From: Acidimicrobiia bacterium UBA4744
Lineage (GTDB): Bacteria > Actinomycetota > Acidimicrobiia > Spongiisociales > UBA4744
Assembly: GCA_002403855.1 (NCBI GenBank)
Contig: DHIO01000031.1
Coordinates: 32,090-64,600, forward strand
Reading direction: 5' to 3'
Length of the DNA stretch: 32,511 nucleotides
This document shows, one piece after another, positions 10,114 to 19,091 of this stretch (position 1 is its first letter; every line of letters starts with the position of its first letter). The notes under the pieces were generated by a model that saw nothing but the letters and a program-made list of their open reading frames with translations, was not told where the DNA came from and did not search any database. The position numbers were made by a program, and so were the translations under genes.

Positions 10114-10211
10114 GGGACACTCCGGCCCCAGGAGGGGCGCGGCCCGGCGACCCCGCCGGTGCCTTCGAACACCGCGAGCCGACGCGTCCACCGGTTGGGA
10201 GCGCACTGCAT
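10110..10211 (-). CDS. Putative 33-aa small protein or leader ORF coupled to the HEAT gene
   Basis: GGAGGAGG SD 5 nt before ATG 10211; MQCAPNRWTRRLAVFEGTGGVAGPRPSWGRSVP; TGA overlaps the HEAT GTG (GTGA). Confidence 0.45.
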   Translation of the reverse strand: MQCAPNRWTRRLAVFEGTGGVAGPRPSWGRSVP

Positions 10212-10362
10212 GAGTTCCTCCTCCGGTAATGCATCGGCATGCAGCGGGGTCCGGTTAACGCGTTCGGTGGCAAGAGAAGATCGTGAACGGCAGTAGGGTC
10301 GAACGGCGGCTTCAAGCAGGAACCAAGCAGAATCGGGGAGTTTGGTACCGGTGGTCTGGTCC

Positions 10363-10749
10363 TCAGATGTCGGGATCGAAGCCCTGGGCACGCAAGTGCA
10401 CCCTGACCCGGGCCAGCAACTCCCGGACGCTGAAAGGTTTACGAATGAAATCGACCGCCCCGAGCTCCAGGCAACGCACGATGTCCTCTTCAGCGGTGAG
10501 CGCAGACACCATGATCACCGGCATGTCCTTGCCGTCGTCGATCCACCGTTGCAGTACCTCGACTCCCAGCAGACCCGGCATCACCTGGTCGAGGAGCACC
10601 AGGTTGAAGTCGTTGGTGAGGCCGACCTCGAAAGCTTCTATTCCGTCGTACACCGTGGTGGTATCAGCCCCAACCCCCTCGAGGCTTCGGGCGATGAGCA
10701 ACGAGACGACGCGGTCGTCTTCGGCGACGAGGACTTGCGGTCTGCTCAC
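10363..10749 (-). CDS. Stand-alone response regulator receiver protein
   Basis: VLVAEDD, LLDQVMPG (phosphoacceptor D), MVSA, GAVDFIRKPF; no output domain. Start uncertain (GTG 10749 chosen). Confidence 0.88.
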   Translation of the reverse strand: MSRPQVLVAEDDRVVSLLIARSLEGVGADTTTVYDGIEAFEVGLTNDFNLVLLDQVMPGLLGVEVLQRWIDDGKDMPVIMVSALTAEEDIVRCLELGAVDFIRKPFSVRELLARVRVHLRAQGFDPDI

Positions 10750-10789
10750 GATCGGCACCGCACCTTGGTACTTGAACACATCACCTTGA

Positions 10790-11878
10790 CTATTCCTCTT
10801 GCGACTGGGCCGTTTCAACGAGCCATTGCACAACCGGGAGGTACACCCGATAGAAGAACTCCGTATGCGCCGCTTGCGGAAGAACCCGCATCAACACCGG
10901 CGAGCCGCTCATCCTTCGCAATGGAAACTCAATACTGTTCTCGGAAGCGTCGGCCGCCAGATACAGCGATTTCTCGGTGCGAACCAGAAAGGGCCAGTCT
11001 GACGGGATCCCGTACTGGTCGAGAAACACACGGCCGGATTCGGTCACCGGGAGGGTCATCGACATATCGACACTGGCTTCCGGGTGGGCGGCGACGACCT
11101 CGAACCACCCATCCACCCTGGCTCGTACGTCCCGCCCGGAGCCGGGCAGTGCCCCTTCAACAACGGGAAGAGCACCCTCCAATTCGTCGCCGGACAGCAC
11201 CACCACGGTCGTTCCGCCCGGGGCCGACGCGAGAAGGACGATTCCCGGGCCCGAGTAGTCCCAGGTGCCCCCGGCGAGGGCAACCAGACGGTCGGGTGCC
11301 ATCGACAGATCATCGAAAGGCCGACCGGCCCATCCGGTTCGTTGCACGCCGAACAGCGCTTGGAGGCGTTGCGACGCGGGCGAGGCAGTCGGCTCGCCCA
11401 GGATGTTGAACTCCCCATACACGACGCTGCCGGCGGAGACCCACTCGATCACCCTTTCCGCATCACCTTCCTTGATTGCGTCGGTGATTCGAATGGTTCC
11501 TTCGTCCGACACCCGGCCCGTGTCGTCCACATACACACCGTAGGCGTCGACCAGCATGACCAGATCTGGCGCGGCGGACGGCCAAACTCCCTGCGGGCCT
11601 CCACCAGGAGCCGCACCGACGAAAGACTCCGCGGTGGTAAATGCAACCTTCTCGTACTCCAGTGCGAGGCCGAGTGATGCGTGTTCCAGATAGGTCGCGT
11701 CGGGGACCGTCTGGTCGTAGACGAAGAGGTCGAGTTCCGTGTCCGCCTGCAACCACCACGCGAGTGAGGCCACGCCGGGCCATAGCAGGAGCGGTAGCAA
11801 CAGCCCGGCTACCACCAACAGGATGAGCAGGTGAGCGGCGCGTTCAGTTCGACGTATCTCCGGTTCGGCAACGGTCAC
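10790..11878 (-). CDS. Membrane-anchored extracytoplasmic hypothetical protein
   Basis: Long ORF with N-terminal TM helix, co-oriented with the receiver/HEAT/GT2 genes. No catalytic motif recognised. Confidence 0.75.
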   Translation of the reverse strand: MTVAEPEIRRTERAAHLLILLVVAGLLLPLLLWPGVASLAWWLQADTELDLFVYDQTVPDATYLEHASLGLALEYEKVAFTTAESFVGAAPGGGPQGVWPSAAPDLVMLVDAYGVYVDDTGRVSDEGTIRITDAIKEGDAERVIEWVSAGSVVYGEFNILGEPTASPASQRLQALFGVQRTGWAGRPFDDLSMAPDRLVALAGGTWDYSGPGIVLLASAPGGTTVVVLSGDELEGALPVVEGALPGSGRDVRARVDGWFEVVAAHPEASVDMSMTLPVTESGRVFLDQYGIPSDWPFLVRTEKSLYLAADASENSIEFPLRRMSGSPVLMRVLPQAAHTEFFYRVYLPVVQWLVETAQSQEE

Positions 11879-11931
11879 CCAAGGTTATTCGGCGTGCCCC
11901 CGACCCGTATTGAGGGATCATCGACCCGCCT

Positions 11932-12180
11932 CTATGTGTCCAAATCCCCGCCGTTGTCATCGAAACCCGGGGTGGGTGAGAGTCCCTGGAAGGACGGCTT
12001 GGGACCGAGAACGACCTGAGGCCGCCCGGACATGGCCCAGGCCCCCGGGATGGCGGGATGGCTGGGCGTCGCCAGAGCGTTCAGCTCTTCGGTCAGTGCC
12101 GCGTCGATCGCCGCCAGGATCGCAGCCGCCTCGTAGGGCCCGGCACCGCCGATGATCTCCACTTTGAGGGGTTCGTTCAT
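11932..12180 (-). CDS. Small protein resembling acyl-CoA carboxylase epsilon subunit
   Basis: G...EAAAILAAI helix followed by AWAMSGR. ATGA overlap with mce. Confidence 0.55.
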   Translation of the reverse strand: MNEPLKVEIIGGAGPYEAAAILAAIDAALTEELNALATPSHPAIPGAWAMSGRPQVVLGPKPSFQGLSPTPGFDDNGGDLDT

Positions 12181-12581
12181 TGCAGTTCCACCAGTTCGAT
12201 CAGGGTACCGGCCAACGCTCGGGGATGCACAAACGCGATCAGGTGCCCCCCTCCCCCGATCCGTGGCCGCCGGTCGATCAGCTCCGCTCCTTCGTGGGCC
12301 AGATGGCGGAGAGCTTCGTCGATCGAGGGAACCGCAAAAGCGATGTGATGGAGACCTTCGCCGTGCTCGGCCAAGAAACGACCCACCGGCGTATCCGGCC
12401 CCAACGGTTGCAGCAACTGCACGTTGGACGCTCCCACGGGCAACATGGCCTCCTCGACCCCTTGCTCTTCGACGACTTCGCGGTATTCGGGTACAACGTG
12501 GTACAGCCGTTCGTAGTCGGTCAGAGCCGCGTCGAGGTCGTGGACGGCAATAGCCACATGATCGATGTTCACCAACCTCAT
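12177..12581 (-). CDS. mce: Methylmalonyl-CoA epimerase
   Basis: IDHVAIAV, EEQGVEEAM, GEGLHHIAF, IAFVHP, GTLIELVE. Confidence 0.9.
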   Translation of the reverse strand: MRLVNIDHVAIAVHDLDAALTDYERLYHVVPEYREVVEEQGVEEAMLPVGASNVQLLQPLGPDTPVGRFLAEHGEGLHHIAFAVPSIDEALRHLAHEGAELIDRRPRIGGGGHLIAFVHPRALAGTLIELVELQ

Positions 12582-12655
12582 GGGAGGCAGGCTACCGCCG
12601 GTTGGCTCAGTCGACCGGACCGAGGGGTAGATTGCAGAACTGGAAGGAGTGAGCC

Positions 12656-13849
12656 ATGGGTGCCGTCATCACGGGAATCGCCAGAACGCCGCTGGGCAAG
12701 TTTGGAGGTGGACTCGCCCCTTTGCCTGCCGTCGAATTGGGAAGTGAAGCCATCAAGGGGGCGCTGGATCGATCGCGGCTCGACCCCGCTCGAGTAGACG
12801 AGGTGATCTTCGGGCAGGTCCTTCAGGCAGGCCAGGGACAGATCACTGCCAGGCAAGCGGCGGCGCGGGCCGGAGTGCCGATGACGGTACCGTCGACCAC
12901 CGTCAACAAGGTGTGCTTGTCCGGCATGGCCGCCATCGCCATGGCCGACCGCTCGGTCCGGCTGGATGAGGCCTCCTTCGTGATAGCGGGGGGCATGGAG
13001 TCCATGAGCAATGCGCCCTATCTGACCGCCGCTACTCGTTGGGGAGCAAGGATGGGTGACGCCCGGTTGATCGACGTCATGATGCACGACGGTCTGTGGT
13101 GTTCGTTCGATCACTGCGCCATGGGCGAATCATCTGATCTGAAGAACGCCAAGCTCGGGATATCTCGCCGGCAGCAGGACGAATGGGCGGCAGAAAGCCA
13201 CCGGAGGGCACTGCAGGCAATGGAGACAGGCGCGTTCGATGACGAGATCGTCCCCGTGCCGGTACCGCAGCGCAAGGGGGACGCGGTCATTGTCGACGTC
13301 GACGAGGGTATCCGGCCGGATACCACCGTGGAGACCCTGACCAAACTCAAACCGGCGTTCGCACCTGAAGGAACCATCACCGCCGGGAATGCTTCGCAGA
13401 TATCGGACGGGGCGGCGGCGGTCATCGTGGCAGATCGCTCGGCTGCCGAGGCGGCCGATGTCCCGATCCTGGCGGAGATTGTTGCCTACGGGCAGATCGG
13501 CGGCCCGGACGCCACGCTCCATGAACGACCTGCCGAAGCGCTGAACATGGCCCTCAAGAAGGCGGGCATGGCTCCGCATGATCTCGACCTCGTCGAGATC
13601 AACGAAGCTTTTGCGTCCGTCGCGTTCTGGTCGGCGCACATGCTCGACCTGGATCTCGACCGGGTGAACGTCAACGGTGGGGCGGTGGCACTGGGTCATC
13701 CGATTGGAGCCACCGGTGCCCGTCTGATCGTCACCCTGGCCAACGAGTTGAGGCGCAGGGGCGGTGGTATCGGGGGCGCCGCCCTGTGCGGTGGCGGAGG
13801 TCAAGGAGATGCCCTGATCATCAAGGCAAGTGAGGAACTGAATGGCTGA
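12656..13849 (+). CDS. Acetyl-CoA C-acetyltransferase (thiolase)
   Basis: [50 protein letters not shown]. Confidence 0.96.
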   Translation: MGAVITGIARTPLGKFGGGLAPLPAVELGSEAIKGALDRSRLDPARVDEVIFGQVLQAGQGQITARQAAARAGVPMTVPSTTVNKVCLSGMAAIAMADRSVRLDEASFVIAGGMESMSNAPYLTAATRWGARMGDARLIDVMMHDGLWCSFDHCAMGESSDLKNAKLGISRRQQDEWAAESHRRALQAMETGAFDDEIVPVPVPQRKGDAVIVDVDEGIRPDTTVETLTKLKPAFAPEGTITAGNASQISDGAAAVIVADRSAAEAADVPILAEIVAYGQIGGPDATLHERPAEALNMALKKAGMAPHDLDLVEINEAFASVAFWSAHMLDLDLDRVNVNGGAVALGHPIGATGARLIVTLANELRRRGGGIGGAALCGGGGQGDALIIKASEELNG

Positions 13850-14828
13850 AGCACCGGAACGGAATCTCGCCCTCGAACTGGTACGTGTAACGGAGGCGGC
13901 CGCTATGTCCGCTGCTCGGTGGCAAGGACGAGGCGACAAGGATGCAGTCGATCAAGCGGCCGTTGACGGAATGAGATCCATCCTGACCACGGTCGATATG
14001 GACGGGATCATCGTCATCGGTGAGGGCGAAAAGGACGAAGCGCCCATGCTGTACAACGGCGAGAAGGTCGGGAACGGACGGGGCATCGCCGTCGACGTAG
14101 CAGTCGATCCTGTGGACGGCACGCGGCTCACCGCCGAGGGAGGGCCGGGGGCCCTCGCCGTCATCGGCCTCGCCGAACGTGGTTCGATGTACGCACCGGG
14201 AAGCCTCGTCTACATGGACAAGATTGCGGTGGGTCCCGAGGCGGCCGGCATGGTCGATCTGGATGCGCCGGTCGAACGCAACCTGACCCGCGTGGCCAAG
14301 GCGCTTGGCAAAGACGTCAACGACCTGACCGCCATCATCCTCAACCGGCCCCGCAACGAGGGGTACATAGCGGCGGTCCGCCACGCTGGGGCTCGTATCC
14401 GGTTGATTCGCGACGGCGATGTGTCCGGAGCCATATCCACGGTCCGCGAAGAGACCGGTATCGACATCCTTCTCGGCATCGGGGGATCACCGGAGGCGGT
14501 CATCGCCGCCTCGGCGTTGGCGTGCATGGGCGGAGAGATCCAGTGCAAGCTCTGGCCTCGAGACGAAAGCGAACGACAGTACGCTCTGGAGAACGAGCTC
14601 GACCTCGAGCAGGTCCTCACCACCAGAGACCTGGTCGATTCCGACAACGTCTTCTTTGCGGCGACCGGTGTCACCGACGGCGAACTGCTCGACGGGGTCG
14701 ACTACCCCGCCGAGGGGCCCCGGACCCACTCGGTGGTCATGCGTTCCCGTACGGGATCCATTCGCTTCATCGACACTCAGCACGACCTGCGCAAGTTGCG
14801 CACGTTGGGCGCCGTCGAGTACGGATAG
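13842..14828 (+). CDS. glpX: Class II fructose-1,6-bisphosphatase
   Basis: LELVRVTEAAA, IGEGEKDEAPML, VDPVDGT, FAATGVTDG. Confidence 0.96.
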   Translation: MAEAPERNLALELVRVTEAAAMSAARWQGRGDKDAVDQAAVDGMRSILTTVDMDGIIVIGEGEKDEAPMLYNGEKVGNGRGIAVDVAVDPVDGTRLTAEGGPGALAVIGLAERGSMYAPGSLVYMDKIAVGPEAAGMVDLDAPVERNLTRVAKALGKDVNDLTAIILNRPRNEGYIAAVRHAGARIRLIRDGDVSGAISTVREETGIDILLGIGGSPEAVIAASALACMGGEIQCKLWPRDESERQYALENELDLEQVLTTRDLVDSDNVFFAATGVTDGELLDGVDYPAEGPRTHSVVMRSRTGSIRFIDTQHDLRKLRTLGAVEYG

Positions 14829-14935
14829 ACACCTCCAGAGCGCAAAGGGCGGCCACGAGTCTTGCTGCTTCCCGCCCACAGAGACGCCCTATTGGTGGTC
14901 TGCCGACACCTTGGCGCACGCGGCAAGCCTCTCCA

Positions 14936-15592
14936 TCACATCGCTCCACCGGCCCTCAGCGCTTCCATCAATGAGCTCACCACGGGAACTCCGGCGGAGG
15001 CAAGCTGCCGAGCGGGATGCGCGCCACCGTCGTAGAGCACGCAGGCCAGACCGAGAGCCGAAGCCGAGGCGGCGTCGTCCAGTGCATCGCCGATGACCAG
15101 TACATCAGAAGGATCCAACCGGCCGAGCGTTCGCTCTACGGCTCGAAGATGGTCTTCCAGATACACCTGCTTGCGATCGCCGGGAGTTCCCCGCAGTCCG
15201 TCGACACGAATCAGAAACCGACCCAGATCGAACCGTTCGACCAGCGGGATCAGTTCGTCGTGCCAGTACATCGACAGCAACGACTGCGTGACACCGGCAT
15301 CACGCGCAGCTGTCAGAGCATCCAGTGCGTCGGCGGCCAGTTCGGCGGCGGACACGCGTCGCCGGTAGGACGCGTGGAAGGCATCATCGAACCCCAGCCA
15401 TTCCGACTCTCCAACGGGCCGACCGAGCAAATGCTCGTAGAAACGGAGTACGGGACGCGTGTAGTGCGCCCCGTACTCCTCAATGGTGATCGGCCGGCGA
15501 CGCACGGTTGCCAGCGTGTCGTTGACGGCCGCTACGACGACCGACAGGTCGTCGAGCAGCGTACCGTTCCAGTCCCAGACGATGTGGCGCAC
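14936..15592 (-). CDS. HAD-family hydrolase
   Basis: WDWNGTLLDD motif I variant; IGDALDD motif IV. Confidence 0.88.
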   Translation of the reverse strand: MRHIVWDWNGTLLDDLSVVVAAVNDTLATVRRRPITIEEYGAHYTRPVLRFYEHLLGRPVGESEWLGFDDAFHASYRRRVSAAELAADALDALTAARDAGVTQSLLSMYWHDELIPLVERFDLGRFLIRVDGLRGTPGDRKQVYLEDHLRAVERTLGRLDPSDVLVIGDALDDAASASALGLACVLYDGGAHPARQLASAGVPVVSSLMEALRAGGAM

Positions 15593-15657
15593 CGTCGAGA
15601 CAATAGGCGACCCGGCATCAACACCGGGCCGCCCCAGAACGGCTCCTGTGCGTTGGT

Positions 15658-15951
15658 CTACTCGGCTACGCGATCCTTCAGGCCCTTGGCCGGACGGAAC
15701 TTGGCGTGCTTCTTGGCTGCGATCTGGATCGCTTCACCGGTGGCCGGGTTGCGACCGACGCGTGCCTTACTCCGGCTGGTGTAGAAGGTGCCGAAGCCTG
15801 AGATACGAACATCGCGGTCGGCATCGAGCTCGACGGCGATAATGCCTTGCCCGGAGTCGCTGCTGAAGATCGCGTCGATCACTTCCGAGGCCTTCACTTT
15901 GGACAGATCGGTCTTCTTGGCCAGCTTCTCCGCCATTTCGGTTTTGTTCAC
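15658..15951 (-). CDS. hup: HU family DNA-binding protein
   Basis: (M)NKTEM..., GFGTF, GRNPATGE, KFRPAKGLKD. GTG start 15951 after GGAGG. Confidence 0.93.
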   Translation of the reverse strand: MNKTEMAEKLAKKTDLSKVKASEVIDAIFSSDSGQGIIAVELDADRDVRISGFGTFYTSRSKARVGRNPATGEAIQIAAKKHAKFRPAKGLKDRVAE

Positions 15952-16077
15952 TCCGCCTCCCCTCATAGTCGCGGCCGGCGTTTCCGGCTCTCGCGCGGGA
16001 ACCGCAATTGCGCGGTGCTGGCTAAAAACTACAACCTTTACGGCGCTTTTTCGAGGATTCTTTGGCCGTCGGCCTCT

Positions 16078-17190
16078 TCACAGGTCATGGCCGGACGTCC
16101 CCACCAGCCCTGTGAAGCGCCGGTCGTAGCGGTCGGCGAGGATCGACCACCCGTACTCGGCCATGGCAGAGGAAAGCGCCGGTGTCATCGAACGGACGGA
16201 CGATATCTGGGTGACCGCCCACCGAAGGGCCCGGACCAGGCCCTCCTGATCGTCGTATAGGCAGTGCTGGTGGTACTCGCTCGGAATCAACCCGGGATAC
16301 GACAACCGGCGGGGAAGAATCGGAAACGCCCCGGCGGCTATCGCCTCCGCTACCGCCACCCCGAAGAACTCCTGGTCGGCCGTGCTGACGACGATGTCGG
16401 AACGAGAGAGAAGCTCTATGTAGCGAGAAGTAGGGGCGAAACCTACATGGAGCACACGATTGCCGAGTCGCTGCTCGGCAGTGCCGAATTCCTCCGGGAT
16501 GTTGCGGAAGTTCTCTCCGGCGAGTATCACGCGGAACTCAAGTCCTGCGTCGACCAGGCGGTACAGGGCCGCAAAGAACGCTTCCGGATTCTTGTCGTAC
16601 TCCCACCGCTGGTTCCAGAGTATGACGGGCGGCTGGTTCGACGAGGGCCGCTCGACCAGGCGTTCGAGGTCGATCCCCACCGGCATGACCTCCGATCGAG
16701 CCCGGACCTCGGGGATGGCGCTCACATGGGTGAAGTCGGGCAGACTGCCGAGCAAGCCCGGCAGAACGGAGAAGAACTCCTCGAGGTGGTAGGCGGAGTT
16801 GAACAACACGAGATCGGCCGCCATGGCGCTGAGCCAATTGGTGATGCCATAGGAGTGATCGGTGTCTCCTCCCGGCGGAGGCGGATAGCTGATCTGGTTC
16901 TCGTGCATGTAGATGCAGACGGCCGGTTGCCCGACGATGTGGCGGGTAAGGCCGAGGAAGGTCGGAAGGTCGAGCATGTCCGATGCGAGCAGAAGGTCGG
17001 GGCTCCCGCGCTCGACCACGAGCCGGCTCGCCTCCTCGGCAAGAGTCAGTGCCGCCCCGCGCATCCGCCATTTCCAGAAGCGAGCAGGGAGCGTGAGCAG
17101 GTGCACATCGTGACTGCTCGTCTGCGCGTAGCCCTCCGCCCAGGCGGCGTGTGAACCACCGAAGTAAGGCTCGAGGAGAAAGATGCGCAT
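16078..17190 (-). CDS. DUF3524/GTDC1-like GT4 glycosyltransferase
   Basis: EPYFGGSH, LPARFWKWRMRG, YMHENQ, WNQRWEYDKNP, EFFGVAVAEA (EX7E). Confidence 0.88.
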   Translation of the reverse strand: MRIFLLEPYFGGSHAAWAEGYAQTSSHDVHLLTLPARFWKWRMRGAALTLAEEASRLVVERGSPDLLLASDMLDLPTFLGLTRHIVGQPAVCIYMHENQISYPPPPGGDTDHSYGITNWLSAMAADLVLFNSAYHLEEFFSVLPGLLGSLPDFTHVSAIPEVRARSEVMPVGIDLERLVERPSSNQPPVILWNQRWEYDKNPEAFFAALYRLVDAGLEFRVILAGENFRNIPEEFGTAEQRLGNRVLHVGFAPTSRYIELLSRSDIVVSTADQEFFGVAVAEAIAAGAFPILPRRLSYPGLIPSEYHQHCLYDDQEGLVRALRWAVTQISSVRSMTPALSSAMAEYGWSILADRYDRRFTGLVGTSGHDL

Positions 17191-17233
17191 CTCTTTGATC
17201 GTTCCTCACTCGCCGTTCAATGTGGCTCCCGCG

Positions 17234-17261
17234 AACCTGCAACCTGCAACCTGCAAGATGC
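17234..17261. repeat. Heptamer tandem repeat (AACCTGC)x3 plus one degenerate copy
   Basis: aacctgc aacctgc aacctgc aagatgc, intergenic. Confidence 0.85.
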
Positions 17262-17275
17262 GGAGCTTCGCCTTC

Positions 17276-18403
17276 CTACAGCCTCCTCCGGAACACCCGG
17301 TGGTTCTTATGGGGGACACCTCCGAACTTGGCGAGGTCGGAGCGCATCTTGACGGCCGATTCGGCGATCTGGGTCAGTTCGTACTCGCGGAACCCTGCCG
17401 CCTTGAAGGTCTTGGCGACCACCGAGTAGAGCAGGGCGTTTCCTCCCCGCTTCTGGAACTCGGGCAGAATACCGATGCCGTTCGCCACCACGCGATCATT
17501 GGATCGCATGGCCCGGAGCAGTGGCACTACGCCCAGCGGGAATAGCCTTCCCCCTGCCTTCTGCATCGCTCCGGATAGATCAGGGAAAGCGAAGAGGAAA
17601 CCGACGATGCGGTCCCCCTGGGTGATCAACTTGACGAGATCGGGCCTGACCACCGTCATGATGTTGTCGACGATGAAGTCGATTTCCGCGTCGGTCAACG
17701 GAACGTACTCCCAGTTGTGCACAAACGAGGCGTTGTAGGCGCGAGCGATGCGATCCCCCCACTCCCGGATCTCCTTCTTGGTGGAGAACTCCTTGACGGT
17801 CAACCCGCTGCGTTCCAGGGTCCGCTCGGCCACGTTCTCAAACCGTTCGTCCAGCTGGAAGGTCGTCCCGTCGATGAGATGGGTAACGAAGTCGACCTCC
17901 TTCTTGAGTCCCGCCCGCTGAGCGACGTCGATGTAGTACGGAGGGTTGTAACTCAGCATGGTCATCGGCTGACGGTGCTCAAAGCCGCTCTCCAGGAATC
18001 CATAGGCGTCAAAGGGGCCAAAGCCCTTGGGACCCAGCACGGCATTCAAACCGCGCTTCGCAGCCCACTCGAAACAGGCGGAGAACAGATCCTGGGCCGC
18101 TTCCGGGTCGTCGACACACTCGAACAGGTAGAACTGACCCTCCCGGGTCTTGTGGAACTCGTTGAACCGGGTGTTCTCCAGGGCGGCAATTCGCCCGACA
18201 TCGTGCCCGTCGCGAACCGCAATGAAGAAGTCTGCTTGCGAATGCTCGTAGAAGGGATGCTTGCGCGGATTCAGCATGGCGTACATGTCCGTGCGCATCG
18301 GTGGAACCCAATTGGGATAGTCGGCATAGAGGCGGTAGGGGATATCTACAAACCGCCGGACCTGCGGGCGTCGGGAGAGATCAACCTTCTCGATGGTCAG
18401 CAT
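17276..18403 (-). CDS. YghO-like GNAT acyltransferase (bacterial ceramide synthase-like family)
   Basis: LY...PNWVPP, HPFY, VGRIAA, FECVDD, GP.GF, YNPPYY, GILPEFQKRG (GNAT motif A). ATG 18403 after GGAGG. Confidence 0.75.
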   Translation of the reverse strand: MLTIEKVDLSRRPQVRRFVDIPYRLYADYPNWVPPMRTDMYAMLNPRKHPFYEHSQADFFIAVRDGHDVGRIAALENTRFNEFHKTREGQFYLFECVDDPEAAQDLFSACFEWAAKRGLNAVLGPKGFGPFDAYGFLESGFEHRQPMTMLSYNPPYYIDVAQRAGLKKEVDFVTHLIDGTTFQLDERFENVAERTLERSGLTVKEFSTKKEIREWGDRIARAYNASFVHNWEYVPLTDAEIDFIVDNIMTVVRPDLVKLITQGDRIVGFLFAFPDLSGAMQKAGGRLFPLGVVPLLRAMRSNDRVVANGIGILPEFQKRGGNALLYSVVAKTFKAAGFREYELTQIAESAVKMRSDLAKFGGVPHKNHRVFRRRL

Positions 18404-18422
18404 GAGCCCTCCGTGTTCCGGC

Positions 18423-19091
18423 TCATTCTCCCACCTTTGCCAGCCGCCTCGCTTCGAGAGTCGTTGAGACCAGGAATATGACAATGAGGGTGGCTCCGAG
18501 AGCACCGATGGCGAGATCGTAGATGCTGACGTCACCGAACCAGAGCGATACCGCCCGCGCCCCTACGAAGAAGAGCACCGCGTTGAACAGGATGATGATC
18601 AGTCGCACCTCAGTCGGTCCGAATCTCCCGTAGGAGATCCGGAACTCACCGGTGACGTAGGTCCGGACGTAGACGAGGACGGACATCAAGAGATATCCGA
18701 CCAATGCCACCGCCGCTACCTCGAACGACACGTAGGGCGACAACCCAAGCCCGAAAACGATCAGCGTTTCGCTCGCGGCATCGACGGTGTGGTCGATGAA
18801 GAAGCCGAACTTGGGACGCTCGATTTTCCGATAGCGGGCCAGGGTCCCGTCGAGGCTGTCACCGAACCAGTTGACCACCAGACCCAGGCTGGCCAGCCAG
18901 AGAAAGGCTGGAGCCACCGAACTGGCCCAATAACCGGCAAAGGTCATCAGCGAGCCGACAATGCCGATGCCGGTCAACACATCGGGAGTCACCCAGCGCG
19001 GCATATGCTCTGCCAGCCACTGCAAAGCCGGCCGTTCGAGGGGACCGAGCAGGATGTCGTTGACGCGTTGGTGCGGCTTGGTTTCGCTCAT
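18423..19091 (-). CDS. CDP-alcohol phosphatidyltransferase family protein
   Basis: DSLDGTLAR-x8-GFFIDHTVD signature, TPD.LT, GPTEVR. Confidence 0.93.
   Translation of the reverse strand: MSETKPHQRVNDILLGPLERPALQWLAEHMPRWVTPDVLTGIGIVGSLMTFAGYWASSVAPAFLWLASLGLVVNWFGDSLDGTLARYRKIERPKFGFFIDHTVDAASETLIVFGLGLSPYVSFEVAAVALVGYLLMSVLVYVRTYVTGEFRISYGRFGPTEVRLIIILFNAVLFFVGARAVSLWFGDVSIYDLAIGALGATLIVIFLVSTTLEARRLAKVGE

Noticed and set aside
14829-14935. Possible ncRNA (SRP-like GGAAGCAGC on the minus strand) between glpX and the HAD gene
   Set aside because: The CAGG...GNRA helix-8 context is missing; only a weak CTTGCTGC/GCGGCAAG pairing is visible.
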